Part shown: one piece after another, positions 38,422 to 49,178 of the stretch
Numbering within the stretch: position 1 is the stretch's first letter
Layout of the letters: each line of letters starts with the position of its first letter
Assembly: GCA_963707635.1 (NCBI GenBank)
Contig: OY970173.1
Coordinates: 1,824,001-1,888,000, forward strand
Direction: 5' to 3'
Origin: Candidatus Latescibacterota bacterium
GTDB lineage: Bacteria; Krumholzibacteriota; Krumholzibacteriia; WVZY01; JAKEHA01
DNA: 64,000 nucleotides
Program-made: the position numbers and the translations under genes
The notes under the pieces: generated by a model
Seen by the model: only the letters and a program-made list of their open reading frames with translations
The model's database searches: none
What the model was told of the DNA's origin: nothing

Positions 38422-39003
38422 ATGAACGCACATAGACTCGTGGGACTGGCGCTCGTGGTAACGGTCCTGGCACCGCTTTCCGCATTCGGGCAGGGAGGTC
38501 CGGATTCGGCGGCGCGTCTTGCGGCCCAGCGCGAGGGCATGATCCCGCTCGCCTACATGAATGGCGTATGGAGAGGGCCCGCGTGGACAGTCCTCCCGTC
38601 CGGGGAGAAGCACACCATCACGCAAACCGAACGGATCGGACCGTTCCTGGACGGAGCGGTGAAGGTCATCGAGGGACGGGGATACGACGCCGACGGCAAG
38701 GTCGCGTTCAACGCGTTCGGCACCATCTCGTTCGACCCGGCCACACACACGTACACGCTACATTCGTATGCGATGGGGTACGTCGGCGACTTCGTGCTGA
38801 CCCCGATCACCGACGGATACACCTGGGAGATTCCCGCCGGGCCGATGACGATTCGCTACACGGCGACCGTCAAGAACGGCACCTGGACCGAGGTGGGCGA
38901 TCGCATCGCCAAGGATCAGCCGCCGGTTCGCTTCTTTGAAATGACCCTTACCCGCGTGGGCGATACCGACTGGCCGGCGGCCGGCGCGGTTCCTCCCCGA
39001 TAG
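38422..39003 (+). CDS. Exported hypothetical protein (DUF1579-like beta-barrel)
   Basis: Signal peptide, G.WRG, TQTERIG, FFEMTLTR; AAGGA SD. Confidence 0.65.
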   Translation: MNAHRLVGLALVVTVLAPLSAFGQGGPDSAARLAAQREGMIPLAYMNGVWRGPAWTVLPSGEKHTITQTERIGPFLDGAVKVIEGRGYDADGKVAFNAFGTISFDPATHTYTLHSYAMGYVGDFVLTPITDGYTWEIPAGPMTIRYTATVKNGTWTEVGDRIAKDQPPVRFFEMTLTRVGDTDWPAAGAVPPR

Positions 39004-39082
39004 CAGATCGCGCGCCGATGCCGTGGCGTTGCGCGCCCATTTTCGCTACCATCGGGCGGCAACGCGACCAAAAGGAGAACGC

Positions 39083-41200
39083 ATGAAGACAGGTGCCATC
39101 GGTATGACGCTGTTCTTGTCCATCGCCGGACTGGCGGGAACCCAACGCGCGCTGGCGCAGGACAATCCCTTTTTCGCCCCGTACGGGACGCCGTGGGAGG
39201 TGCCGCCGTTCGACCGTATTCGCAACGAGCACTTCATGCCGGCCTTCGAGAAGGGGATCGCCGAGCAGAAAGCCGAGGTCGCCGCGATCCGCGACAACAC
39301 GCAGGCGCCGACGTTCGCCAATACCGTGGAGGCGCTGGAGACCAGCGGTCAGTTGCTGCTGCGCGTGAGCGACGTGTTCTTCAACCTCAACGGGGCGGAG
39401 ACGAACGACGAGATGCAGGCCATCGCGCGCGACGTCGCACCGCTTCTGTCCGCGCTCAACGACGACATCTATCTGGACCCCAAGCTGTTTGCGCGCGTCA
39501 AGGCCGTGCACCTGAAGCGGGATAGCCTGAAGCTCACCACCGAGCAACGCCGCCTGCTCGACGAGCAGTACAAGGACTTCGTGCGCGGCGGCGCCAATCT
39601 TTCCGATGACGACAAGAACGTGTTTCGTGAGATCAACGAGCGCCTGTCGGTACTGTCCCTCAAGTTCGGCGAGAACATCCTGGCCGAGGAGAACGCGTAC
39701 GAACTGGTGATCGACAACCAGGCGAATCTGGCGGGGCTGTCCGACAACGACATCCAGGCGGCGGCGGAAACCGCGAAGGAGCGCAAGCACGAGGGCAAGT
39801 GGGTCTTCACGCTGCACAAGCCGAGCCTGATTCCGTTCCTCACCTACGCGCAGCGGCGCGACCTGCGCGAGAGGATATACCTCGCCTACTGCAACCGCGG
39901 GAACAACGGCGGCGAGTACGACAACCGGGAGATTCTCAAGGAAGAGGCCACGCTGCGCGCGAAAAGGGCCAAGTTGCTCGGCTACAAGAGCCACGCGGAC
40001 TATGTCCTCGAGGACAACATGGCGAAGACGCCGGCCCGCGTCTACGAGCTGCTCGACCGGCTGTGGGCGCCGGCGTTGGCCCGGTCGGTCCGCGAGCGCG
40101 ATGCCATGCAGGCCATGGTCGACGCGGAAGGCGGGAAGTTCAAGATCGCGTCCTGGGACTGGTGGTACTACAGCGAGAAGGTCAAGAAGGCGCGTTACGA
40201 GTTCGACGACTCGGTGCTGCGGCCGTACTTCGAGCTGGACCACGTCCGCCAGGGTGCGTTCGACACCGCCACCAAGCTCTTCGGCATCACCTTCGAGGAG
40301 CGCTTCGACCTGCCGAAGTACAATGCCGAGGTCCGCACCTTCGAGGTGAAGGACGCCGACGGGTCGCACCTGGCCGTCTATTATGTCGACTATCACCCGC
40401 GCCCGGGCAAGCGCAACGGCGCGTGGATGAGCGAGTACCGCCGGCAGTCCCGCGTCGGGGGCGTCGAGACGACGCCGGTCATTGTTAATGTTTCCAATGT
40501 CTCGCGCGCGACGGCGGACGAGCCAGCGTTGTTGTCGTTGGACGAGGTGACCACGCTGTTCCACGAGTTCGGCCACGCGCTGCACGGCATGCTCTCGGAC
40601 GTGACCTACAGCAGCCTCTCCGGGACCAACGTGGCCACCGACTTCGTCGAAATGCCGTCGCAGGTGATCGAAAACTGGGCGACGGAGCCGGAGGTCATGA
40701 AGACCTATGCGAAGCACTACCAGACCGGCGAGGTGATCCCGGACGCGCTGATCGCGAAGATGTCCAACGCGAAGCTCTTCAACCAGGGATTCGCCACCGT
40801 CGAGTACCTGGCGGCGTGCTACCTCGACATGGACTGGCACACCCTCCAGGGTGACGCGCCCGCCGACGCGATGGCGTTCGAGGCGCAACGGCTGAACGCG
40901 ATCGGCCTGATACCGGAGATCGTGTCGCGCTATCGCAGCCCCTACTTCCGCCACATCTTCTCCGGCGGGTATTCCGCCGGGTACTACAGCTACATCTGGG
41001 CGGAGGTGGTGGACGCGGACGCGTTCCAGGCGTTCAAGGACGCGGGCCTGTTCGACAAGAAGACCGCGGATCGGTTCCGCAAGTACATCCTCTCCGCGGG
41101 AGGCACCGAGGACCCGATGGTTCTGTACAAGAAGTTCCGCGGGCGCGAACCGGAGATCGAGCCGCTGCTCGAGCGCCGGGGGTTGAAGACCGATTCCTAG
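39083..41200 (+). CDS. dcp: M3A peptidyl-dipeptidase Dcp with signal peptide
   Basis: NPF, PPFD, KRNGAWM, FHEFGHALH, DFVEMPSQ, YSAGYYSYIW. Confidence 0.9.
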   Translation: MKTGAIGMTLFLSIAGLAGTQRALAQDNPFFAPYGTPWEVPPFDRIRNEHFMPAFEKGIAEQKAEVAAIRDNTQAPTFANTVEALETSGQLLLRVSDVFFNLNGAETNDEMQAIARDVAPLLSALNDDIYLDPKLFARVKAVHLKRDSLKLTTEQRRLLDEQYKDFVRGGANLSDDDKNVFREINERLSVLSLKFGENILAEENAYELVIDNQANLAGLSDNDIQAAAETAKERKHEGKWVFTLHKPSLIPFLTYAQRRDLRERIYLAYCNRGNNGGEYDNREILKEEATLRAKRAKLLGYKSHADYVLEDNMAKTPARVYELLDRLWAPALARSVRERDAMQAMVDAEGGKFKIASWDWWYYSEKVKKARYEFDDSVLRPYFELDHVRQGAFDTATKLFGITFEERFDLPKYNAEVRTFEVKDADGSHLAVYYVDYHPRPGKRNGAWMSEYRRQSRVGGVETTPVIVNVSNVSRATADEPALLSLDEVTTLFHEFGHALHGMLSDVTYSSLSGTNVATDFVEMPSQVIENWATEPEVMKTYAKHYQTGEVIPDALIAKMSNAKLFNQGFATVEYLAACYLDMDWHTLQGDAPADAMAFEAQRLNAIGLIPEIVSRYRSPYFRHIFSGGYSAGYYSYIWAEVVDADAFQAFKDAGLFDKKTADRFRKYILSAGGTEDPMVLYKKFRGREPEIEPLLERRGLKTDS

Positions 41201-41219
41201 AACCACTCCGGGACCCATC

Positions 41220-41777
41220 GTGCCTGTGTACGTAGCGTTCCTCCGTGCTCTCAATGTGGGCGGCCACCATACCGTCAAGATGGAGGACCTGCGCGCCCAC
41301 TTCGAGGCGCTTGGCTTCGCGCGCGTCGAGACCTTCATCGCGAGCGGCAACGTCATTTTCGCGTCGAACGCACGCGACACGGCGGCCATGAGCAGGCGCA
41401 TCCAGGCCCATCTGCACAAGGCCCTCGGCTACGAGGTGACGACGTTCATCCGGACCGACGCGGAAGTCGCGGCGATCGCGCGCTACCGGCCGTTCGAGAG
41501 CGCGTTGCTCGCGACCGCGAAGGCGCTCAACGTCGCATTCCTGGCCGACCCGCTCCCGGCCGCGACACGCAAGGCCGTGATGCAATTCACCACCGACATC
41601 GACCAGTTTCACGTCCACGGGCGGGAAGTGTACTGGTTGTGCCGGAAGGGGCAGGGCCAGTCGAAGTTCTCCAACGCGCGCTTCGAGAAAGCCCTGAAGA
41701 TCCAGGCGACGTTTCGCGGTTTCAACACCATCCAGCGCCTGGCCGACAAGTATCCGCCGTCACGCCCGGCCGGCTAG
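41220..41777 (+). CDS. DUF1697 family protein
   Basis: YVAFLRALNVGG, VETFIASGNV, ATFR. Confidence 0.88.
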   Translation: MPVYVAFLRALNVGGHHTVKMEDLRAHFEALGFARVETFIASGNVIFASNARDTAAMSRRIQAHLHKALGYEVTTFIRTDAEVAAIARYRPFESALLATAKALNVAFLADPLPAATRKAVMQFTTDIDQFHVHGREVYWLCRKGQGQSKFSNARFEKALKIQATFRGFNTIQRLADKYPPSRPAG

Positions 41778-41806
41778 TGGATACCCGCGTCCCGCGCGCT
41801 GCGTTC

Positions 41807-42769
41807 ATGCACAAGACTCGACTGATCCTGATCGCGGTCGCACTGGCCGTGCTGATCACACCGTGCGTGGTCCTCGGCCCGTACGTGCTCCGGGTGCGGC
41901 ACTTCCGCGCCGACGCGGGCGCCGGATACCACGCCGACTTCTATCTCTATGTGGCGCCCGCCGCGAAGCGCGCTGCAAAAGACGGCAAACGGGCGACTCT
42001 ATTGGTGCAGCCCAACAACTCCGGAACCAACTCCGACGACCCCGGCGTGCACCGGCGGGACGCGTGGTGGACCGGCTTCGGCCGCCACGGAATTGCGGAC
42101 GAGTTGGGCGTGGTGCTCCTTGTCCCCGCCTTTGTTCGACCTGCCGGCGACTGGCAGATCTATACCCACGCGCTCGATCGCGATGCGCTCACGACGGCGC
42201 GGCCGGATCTCGCGCGGGTGGACCTCCAGCTCCTCGCGATGGTGGACCATGCGCGCGCCGTGCTGGCGGACGAAGGACTGCCGGCCGACGAGCGCTTCCT
42301 GATCCAGGGGTTTTCAGCCAGCGGGATGTTCGCAAACCGGTTCACCGTCCTGCACCCAGGGCGGGTCAAGGCGGTCGCGTCGGGATCACCGGGCGGCTGG
42401 CCGATCGCACCGCTGGCCCGTTTCGGAGGGGAGGCCCTGCCGTACCCCCTCGGAGTCGCGGACTTCGAGGCGTTGACGGGCTCGCCGTTCGACTCGCTGG
42501 CTTTCAACGCGGTGCCGCAGCTGTTCGTGATGGGCTCGCTCGACGACAACGATTCTCTCGACTTCGAGGACGGGTGGGAGAAAGCGTCGGCGGCAACGGC
42601 CGACCGGCTGTTCGGGACGAACCCTCTCGCGCGCTGGGCCGCCGCCGAATCCCTGTATCGCGATGCGGGTGCCAACGCACGCTTCGTACTGGTCGACGGC
42701 GTGGGACACGACCGCAAGCAGCTGCAGAGTTTTTCGACCGGGTTCTTCGCCGGCGTCCTGGATCGTTAG
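41807..42769 (+). CDS. Putative alpha/beta hydrolase with N-terminal anchor
   Basis: GFSASG nucleophile elbow, GSLD, GVGH. Confidence 0.65.
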   Translation: MHKTRLILIAVALAVLITPCVVLGPYVLRVRHFRADAGAGYHADFYLYVAPAAKRAAKDGKRATLLVQPNNSGTNSDDPGVHRRDAWWTGFGRHGIADELGVVLLVPAFVRPAGDWQIYTHALDRDALTTARPDLARVDLQLLAMVDHARAVLADEGLPADERFLIQGFSASGMFANRFTVLHPGRVKAVASGSPGGWPIAPLARFGGEALPYPLGVADFEALTGSPFDSLAFNAVPQLFVMGSLDDNDSLDFEDGWEKASAATADRLFGTNPLARWAAAESLYRDAGANARFVLVDGVGHDRKQLQSFSTGFFAGVLDR

Positions 42770-42877
42770 CGGTGGGGTCGACGACGTCCTTGGAATCGAG
42801 GGGTCGAGGAAGTATTCTATCGCACGCTGCTCGCAGGAGGGGGACGGCGGCACGCCCATGAGCGCCGAACGCGGGTT

Positions 42878-43462
42878 ATGACCAAAGGCCGACTCGAAGC
42901 ATTCAGCGATGGCGTGATCGCCATCATCATCACCATCATGGTGCTCGAGCTCAGAGTGCCGCATGGCACCGATGCCGCATCGCTGCGCCCGTTGATTCCG
43001 GCGTTCATGTGCTATGTCTTGAGTTTTCTCTATCTGGGCATCTACTGGAACAATCATCATCACCTCATGCAGGCCGCGCGGCATGTCGATGGCCGCATTC
43101 TGTGGGCCAACCTCCACCTGCTGTTCTGGCTGTCGCTGATTCCGTTCGTGACGCGCTGGATGGGTGAGAACCACTTCGCGCGCGTGCCGGTGGCCATTTA
43201 CGGCGTTCCGCTCCTGTGCGCCGCGATGGCGTACTACATATTGACGCTGGCCCTGGTCGCCCGCCACGGGAAGGACTCCGCGCTGGCGGTGGCACTCGGG
43301 GCCGATTTCAAAGGCAAGATTTCGATGGCGATCTACGCGGTGGCGATTCCGCTTGCACTGGCGAGCGCGCTGGCCGCGTGTCTGTTGTACGTCCTGGTGG
43401 CCCTGATGTGGCTGGTCCCGGACCGCCGCTTCGAGAAGGCCCTGGCGGAGTCACGAGGGTGA
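42878..43462 (+). CDS. TMEM175-family (DUF1211) potassium channel
   Basis: RLEAFSDGVIAIIITIMVLEL, YWNNHH, WLSLIPF. Confidence 0.92.
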   Translation: MTKGRLEAFSDGVIAIIITIMVLELRVPHGTDAASLRPLIPAFMCYVLSFLYLGIYWNNHHHLMQAARHVDGRILWANLHLLFWLSLIPFVTRWMGENHFARVPVAIYGVPLLCAAMAYYILTLALVARHGKDSALAVALGADFKGKISMAIYAVAIPLALASALAACLLYVLVALMWLVPDRRFEKALAESRG

Positions 43463-43488
43463 GGATCACACGTTTCAAGGAGACCCTG

Positions 43489-46400
43489 ATGCGCTGCACA
43501 ATCATGGCGGTATTGCTCCTGGTGGTTTCCGCGCCGACGGTGTTTGCCGCCGACGACGGCAAGAAGCCCGCTGACAAGAAAGAATGGGACGTCGAGGCGC
43601 CGCTGGGGCCGACCCGCACGGTCGAGTTCACCACCGACGAAGGCACCTGGATGAATCTCGACGTCAGCCCCGACGGGAAGGAGATCGTGTTCGACCTCCT
43701 CGGCGACATCTATATCATGCCCATCGGCGGTGGGGCGGCAACCGTGCTCCGCGGCGGCCCGGCATTCGACGTGCAGCCCCGCTTCTCGCCGGACGGCTCG
43801 CGCATCAGCTACACCTCCGACAAGGGCGGCGGGGACAACGTCTGGGTCATGAATCGCGACGGCTCCAAGCCCAGGCCGATCACCAAGGAAGACTTTCGCC
43901 TGGTGAACAACGCGGTGTGGACGCCGGACGGCGAGTACGTGGTCGCGAAGAAGCACTTCACCAGCACGCGCTCGCTGGGCGCGGGCGAGATGTGGCTCTA
44001 CCACGTGACGGGCGGCGAGGGACTTCAGATCACCAAGCGGCGGAACGATCAACAGGACGTGGGCGAACCGTGCGTCTCGCCCGACGGCCGTTACGTCTAT
44101 TTCAGCGAAGACATGAGCCCGGGGCCCAACTTCCAGTACAACAAGGATCCCAACGGCACCATCTACGTGATCCGGCGTGCCGATCGCGAATCGGGCGAGG
44201 TGAAGAGCATCGTCACCGGCCCGGGCGGCGCGGTTCGCCCCCAGGTGTCCCCGGACGGCAAGCGTCTCGCATACGTGCACCGTGTGCGCAACCACACCGT
44301 GCTCTACGTGCAGGACCTGGACTCGGGCGAACAGCACCCGGTCTACGACGACTTGAGCAGGGATCAGATGGAGACGTGGGCGACCTTCGGCGTCTATCCC
44401 AACTACCAGTGGATGCCCGACGGCAAGGGCATCGTCCTGTGGGCGAAGGGAAAGATCTGGAGAATCGACATCGCCTCGGGCACGGCGGTGAACATCCCGT
44501 TCGAGGTGCATGCGCGTCACGTGATCAACGAGGCGCTCCGCTTCCCGCAGGACGTGAGCCCGCCCCGATTCGAAGCGAAGATGATCCGCCACGGCGTCAC
44601 CTCGCCCGACGGCGGCTGGTTCGTTTTCAGCGCGGTCGGGCACATCTGGAAGAAGCGGCTCCCCGACGGAGCGCCGACCCGCGTTACCAAAGACCCGTGG
44701 TGGGAATACTGGCCGTCCTTCAGCCCCGACGGCAAGTGGCTCGTCTATACCACCTGGGACAACGACGCGGCGGGTGCCATCTACAAGGCGCACCTCGACG
44801 GCGGCGGCAAGAAGAAGCTCTCGTCGCGCCCGGGATTCTACTACTCGCCCTCGTTCTCGTCCGACGGGAAGCGCGTCGTCTACCAGCGCGGCGACGGCAA
44901 CGCGATCCTCGGGCTTACCTACGGCACCGAGCCGGGGCTCTACTGGATGCCGGCGGACGGAGAGACGGACGGGAAGACCCACCTGATCCGCGAGCAGGGT
45001 GAGCTGCCGCGCTTCAGCCGCGACGGTGAGCGCGTGTACTTCGTCGAGGGGATCGAGGAGCAGAAGCAGGCGTTCAAGAGCGTCTGGCTCGACGGCGGCG
45101 ACGAGCGCACGCTCTTCACCTCGAAGTACGCGACCCAGTTCGTTCCCAGCCCGGACGAGAACTGGCTGGCGTTCACGGAACTCTTCCAGGCCTACGTCGT
45201 CCCGTTTCCGAAGACGGGCCGCGAAGTCGATTTGAGCGCGAAGGAAAAGGCGGTGCCGATCAAGCAGGTGACGCGGGACGCGGGCAGCTTCCTGCACTGG
45301 TCGGCGGACAGTCAGTCGCTCCACTGGACGATCGGCGCCCAGTACTTCTCGCGCTCGCTCAAGGAGAGCTTCGCGTTCGTGAAGGGGGCCGCGGATTCGA
45401 TCGCTCCGCCGGACACCAGCGGCATCGACGTGGGCCTGGTCCTGGACACCGACGTCCCGACGGGAAGCGTGGCGTTCACGAACGCGCGCATCATCACGAT
45501 GAAGGGCGACGAGGTGATCGAGCGGGGCACGGTGGTGGTGGATGGCAACCGCATCCGCGCCGTCGGGCCGGCGGCGACGGTGGAGGTCCCGCGCGGCGCG
45601 CTCACGATCGACTGCGCGGGAAAAACCATCATGCCCGGCCTGATCGACGTACATTCGCACATGTGGCACCCGTCGATCACGCCGGCCCAGAGCTGGATCT
45701 ATCTCGCCAACCTCGCCTTCGGCGTTACCACCACCCACGACCCCTCGAACCCGACCGAGACCGTGTTCACCAACTCCGAGATGGTCCGGGCCGGGTACCT
45801 CCGGGGTCCGCGTGTCTTCTCGACCGGCACCATCCTCTACGGCGCCGAGGGCGACTTCAAGGCCGTGGTCAATTCCCTCGACGACGCACGCTCGCACCTG
45901 CGCCGCATGAAGGCGGTCGGCGCCTTCTCGGTGAAGAGCTACAACCAGCCACGACGCAATCAGCGCCAGCAGATCATCAAGGCGGCGCGAGAGCTTCACA
46001 TGATGGTGGTGCCGGAAGGCGGGTCGTTCTTCTATCACAATATGTCGATGATCCTCGACGGACACACCGGCATCGAGCACACCATCCCGATCGCGCCCAT
46101 CTACCAGGACGTCACCGCACTCTGGGGGGCGAGCGAGACCGGGTCGACGCCCACGCTCATCGTCGGCTACGGAGGGCTGTGGGGCGAGAATTACTGGTAC
46201 CAGAAGACGAACGTCTGGGAGAACGAGCGGCTGCTCACCTTCACACCGCGCGCGGTGGTCGACGCCCGCTCGCGGCGGCGAACGATGGCTCCCGACGACG
46301 AGTTCAACCACATCGCCCTGGCCCGAAACTGCAAGCAGCTCACCGACGCGGGGGTGCGCGTAAACCTGGGCGCCCACGGCCAGCTGCAGGGACTGGGGGC

Positions 46401-46767
46401 GCACTGGGAGCTGTGGATGTTCACGCAGGGCGGCATGACCAACCTGGAAGCGCTGCGCGCGGCCACGTGGAACGGGGCCCGGTACATCGGCATGGACCAC
46501 GATCTGGGCTCGCTCGAGGCCGGGAAGCTGGCGGATCTGATCGTGCTGGACGCGAACCCACTCGACGACATCAAGAACAGCGAGACCGTTCGTTACACCA
46601 TGGCGAACGGACGGTTGTACGACGCGCACACGATGAACGAGGTCGGCAACCACCCGCGCGCGCGGCTGCCGTTCTACTGGGAGAAGCCCGGCGCGAGCGA
46701 CGCGTTCGTCTGGCAGGGCGCCGCGACGGGCTTCATGCCGGGAGGCTGCGGCTGCTTCGTGCACTAG
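43489..46767 (+). CDS. Exported amidohydrolase with TolB/PD40 beta-propeller repeats
   Basis: Signal peptide; many SPDG repeats; MPGLIDVHSH, GSLEAGKLADLIVLDANP; C-terminal GCGCFVH. Confidence 0.9.
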   Translation: MRCTIMAVLLLVVSAPTVFAADDGKKPADKKEWDVEAPLGPTRTVEFTTDEGTWMNLDVSPDGKEIVFDLLGDIYIMPIGGGAATVLRGGPAFDVQPRFSPDGSRISYTSDKGGGDNVWVMNRDGSKPRPITKEDFRLVNNAVWTPDGEYVVAKKHFTSTRSLGAGEMWLYHVTGGEGLQITKRRNDQQDVGEPCVSPDGRYVYFSEDMSPGPNFQYNKDPNGTIYVIRRADRESGEVKSIVTGPGGAVRPQVSPDGKRLAYVHRVRNHTVLYVQDLDSGEQHPVYDDLSRDQMETWATFGVYPNYQWMPDGKGIVLWAKGKIWRIDIASGTAVNIPFEVHARHVINEALRFPQDVSPPRFEAKMIRHGVTSPDGGWFVFSAVGHIWKKRLPDGAPTRVTKDPWWEYWPSFSPDGKWLVYTTWDNDAAGAIYKAHLDGGGKKKLSSRPGFYYSPSFSSDGKRVVYQRGDGNAILGLTYGTEPGLYWMPADGETDGKTHLIREQGELPRFSRDGERVYFVEGIEEQKQAFKSVWLDGGDERTLFTSKYATQFVPSPDENWLAFTELFQAYVVPFPKTGREVDLSAKEKAVPIKQVTRDAGSFLHWSADSQSLHWTIGAQYFSRSLKESFAFVKGAADSIAPPDTSGIDVGLVLDTDVPTGSVAFTNARIITMKGDEVIERGTVVVDGNRIRAVGPAATVEVPRGALTIDCAGKTIMPGLIDVHSHMWHPSITPAQSWIYLANLAFGVTTTHDPSNPTETVFTNSEMVRAGYLRGPRVFSTGTILYGAEGDFKAVVNSLDDARSHLRRMKAVGAFSVKSYNQPRRNQRQQIIKAARELHMMVVPEGGSFFYHNMSMILDGHTGIEHTIPIAPIYQDVTALWGASETGSTPTLIVGYGGLWGENYWYQKTNVWENERLLTFTPRAVVDARSRRRTMAPDDEFNHIALARNCKQLTDAGVRVNLGAHGQLQGLGAHWELWMFTQGGMTNLEALRAATWNGARYIGMDHDLGSLEAGKLADLIVLDANPLDDIKNSETVRYTMANGRLYDAHTMNEVGNHPRARLPFYWEKPGASDAFVWQGAATGFMPGGCGCFVH

Positions 46768-46782
46768 CCCGCGAAACCAGAG

Positions 46783-47037
46783 ATGACCGCCTGGTACGTG
46801 TACATCGTTCGGTGCGCGGATCGCTCGCTCTATACCGGCGTCACGACCGACCCGGACAAGCGGGTCGGCGAGCACAATCAGGGCAACGGCGCCAGGTACA
46901 CACGCTCCCGGCTGCCGGTCGAGCTCGTTCATCTGGAAGCAGCCGCCGACCGGAGCGCCGCGATGCGGCGCGAAAGCGAGATCAAGGGCATGCGTGCGGC
47001 CGACAAGCGCCGATTGATCGAGGGGGTAAGAGTATGA
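46783..47037 (+). CDS. GIY-YIG nuclease family protein (UPF0213)
   Basis: YVYIVRC..SLYTG, HNQGNGARYTR. Confidence 0.9.
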   Translation: MTAWYVYIVRCADRSLYTGVTTDPDKRVGEHNQGNGARYTRSRLPVELVHLEAAADRSAAMRRESEIKGMRAADKRRLIEGVRV

Positions 47038-47411
47038 GCACGCTGGGGAATATTCTCTGGGTCCTGTTGGGCGGCGGCCTTTTCCTGTTCGTCCTGTATC
47101 TGCTGGGGGGCACGCTTCTGTGTCTGACGATCATCGGGATTCCATTCGGGATTCAGTGCCTGAAGCTTTCCATGCTCGCCCTGGTCCCGTTCGGGAAGCG
47201 CGTCGAAGGCACCGCATCGGCGACCGGAGGCCTGGCGGTCTTCATGAACATCCTGTGGGTCCTCTTCGGCGGGATCGTGCTCGCGGTGACGCACGTGTCG
47301 TTCGGGCTGCTCTGCGCCGTCACCATCATCGGCCTTCCGTTCGCGCGACAACACCTGAAGCTCGCGACGCTGGCGCTGGTCCCGTTCGGACACACGGTTC
47401 GATCGCGGTGA
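47034..47411 (+). CDS. YccF-domain membrane protein
   Basis: Two repeats of NILW..GG...TIIG.PF...PFG. Confidence 0.92.
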   Translation: MSTLGNILWVLLGGGLFLFVLYLLGGTLLCLTIIGIPFGIQCLKLSMLALVPFGKRVEGTASATGGLAVFMNILWVLFGGIVLAVTHVSFGLLCAVTIIGLPFARQHLKLATLALVPFGHTVRSR

Positions 47412-47469
47412 GGCCTGTGGTATCCTCCGACACGCCGCGTGAACCCATAGCCGGGAAGGGTGATTGCCA

Positions 47470-47799
47470 ATGGACAATGCCATGACCACCACCGCGTTCG
47501 AGCTGGAGGGCTTCCGCGTGACGCGCAACCTCGGCGTCGTGCGCGGTATCACCGTCCGGTCGCGCTCGATCTTCGGGAGCATCGGGGCGTCGATCCAGAC
47601 CCTCTTCGGGGGCAACATTACTCTAATGACGGAATTGTGCGAGAAGACGCGCAGTGACGCGTTTCGCATGATGCTCGATCACGCTCAGGCCATGGGCGCG
47701 AATGCGGTGATCGGCGTCCGCTACGACGCCAATGAGCTCATGGATGGAGTCACCGAAGTGCTGTGCTACGGCACCGCGGTGGTAGTCGAGCGGGGCTGA
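47470..47799 (+). CDS. YbjQ/UPF0145 family protein
   Basis: [22 protein letters not shown]. Confidence 0.92.
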   Translation: MDNAMTTTAFELEGFRVTRNLGVVRGITVRSRSIFGSIGASIQTLFGGNITLMTELCEKTRSDAFRMMLDHAQAMGANAVIGVRYDANELMDGVTEVLCYGTAVVVERG

Positions 47800-47826
47800 C
47801 CCCGCTCCGAGAGGAGGACGCGAGTC

Positions 47827-48363
47827 ATGTCGAATCGAATCCTGCAGGGTGCGTTTGCGCTCACGATCGCGGTGGGGGTAGCGAGTTGCTCGCGAAAGAC
47901 CCCCGAGACATCCGTCGCGGTGTTGGCGCAGTATCCCATTTCGGGGACACTGGACGTGCTGACGCGTGACAGCATCGCGGTGGACAACGCCATTACGTCC
48001 GATGGAAACGGGTCGCTTCGCATCCATGTCGACAGCACCACCACCATTCGCCTCTACGAGGCCGGCGACCTCGACGTTGAGAACGCCCGCATCGTCTACC
48101 AGGCGAAGATCCGGACTGAAGGGGTCGAGGGAAAGGTCTACCTGGAGATGTGGTGCAGCTTCCCGGGCAAGGGTGAATTCTTCTCCCGCGCGCTGCAGGC
48201 GCCGCTGACCGGGACGACGGAATGGACGACGCAGGAGACGCCGTTCTTCCTCAAGACGGGCGAGAACCCGGACAACGTGAAACTCAACCTCGTGATCGAC
48301 GGCAAGGGGACAGTGTGGATCGACGACATCACTGTCACTAAGGGACCGCTGAACGAAAGCTGA
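47827..48363 (+). CDS. Hypothetical lipoprotein (beta-sandwich, carbohydrate-binding-like)
   Basis: Lipobox VAS-C; YLEMWC, GTTEW, GTVWIDDI; GGAGG SD. Confidence 0.65.
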   Translation: MSNRILQGAFALTIAVGVASCSRKTPETSVAVLAQYPISGTLDVLTRDSIAVDNAITSDGNGSLRIHVDSTTTIRLYEAGDLDVENARIVYQAKIRTEGVEGKVYLEMWCSFPGKGEFFSRALQAPLTGTTEWTTQETPFFLKTGENPDNVKLNLVIDGKGTVWIDDITVTKGPLNES

Positions 48364-49178
48364 TGGCGACCGAAAACGAGTACGTTCTGGGGACCGACGA
48401 AGCCGAGCGGGTTCGGCTCGGGCTGCAGCACCGGCTGTGGAGCGCGCAGGCGTTCGCGTGCTGGGAGCGCGCGGGGATCAAGCCGGGCGTGACCGTCCTC
48501 GATGTGGGGTCGGGCCCCGGCTTCGCCACCCTGGACCTCGCGCAGCTGGTCACGCCGGCCGGGCGCGTGGTCGCCGTCGACGAATCGGAACGCTTTCTCA
48601 CCCACCTGCGAGAACGCGCCGCCGCCGCCGGGATCACGCACGTCGACACGATCCTCCGGGATGTGCAGAGCCTCGATGTCCCGGCGGGGAGCGTCGACGT
48701 CGCGTACGCGCGCTGGGTGCTGTGTTTCACGCCCCGTCCGCTCGATGTTCTCAAGGGTGTCGCCTCCGCGCTCAAACCCGGCGGCGTGCTCGCGGTGCAG
48801 GACTACACGGATTGGGCTGCGCTCCGGCTCTCACCGGTGAGCGAGGCGTTTCTGCGCGTGATGCCGGCGGTTGGAATCAGCTGGCGCGCGCGCGGCGGCG
48901 ACCCGTCGATCGGCCAGCGGCTGCCGGCCCTGATGAAGGAATGCGGGCTCCTCGTCGAATCGATCACGCCGCTGCAGCGCATCGCGCGACCGCGCGACCC
49001 GTTGTGGCAGTGGCCGACCATCTTTTTCTTCAGCTTCATTCCACGCCTGGTGGAGCAGGGCCTGGTGAGCGCCGACGACTGGCGCGCGCTCGAGCGCGAA
49101 TGGAAGGAACGCTCCGGCGACGACAACGCCTTCTTCTGGACCCCGCCGATGGTCGAGATCATCGCGCGCCGCCCCTGA
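48363..49178 (+). CDS. Class I SAM-dependent methyltransferase
   Basis: VLDVGSGPG, LKPGG; TGATG coupling. Confidence 0.88.
   Translation: MATENEYVLGTDEAERVRLGLQHRLWSAQAFACWERAGIKPGVTVLDVGSGPGFATLDLAQLVTPAGRVVAVDESERFLTHLRERAAAAGITHVDTILRDVQSLDVPAGSVDVAYARWVLCFTPRPLDVLKGVASALKPGGVLAVQDYTDWAALRLSPVSEAFLRVMPAVGISWRARGGDPSIGQRLPALMKECGLLVESITPLQRIARPRDPLWQWPTIFFFSFIPRLVEQGLVSADDWRALEREWKERSGDDNAFFWTPPMVEIIARRP

Noticed and set aside
46783..47037. GIY-YIG gene as a homing endonuclease or mobile element
   Set aside because: 84-aa standalone UPF0213 type, with no intron or IS context
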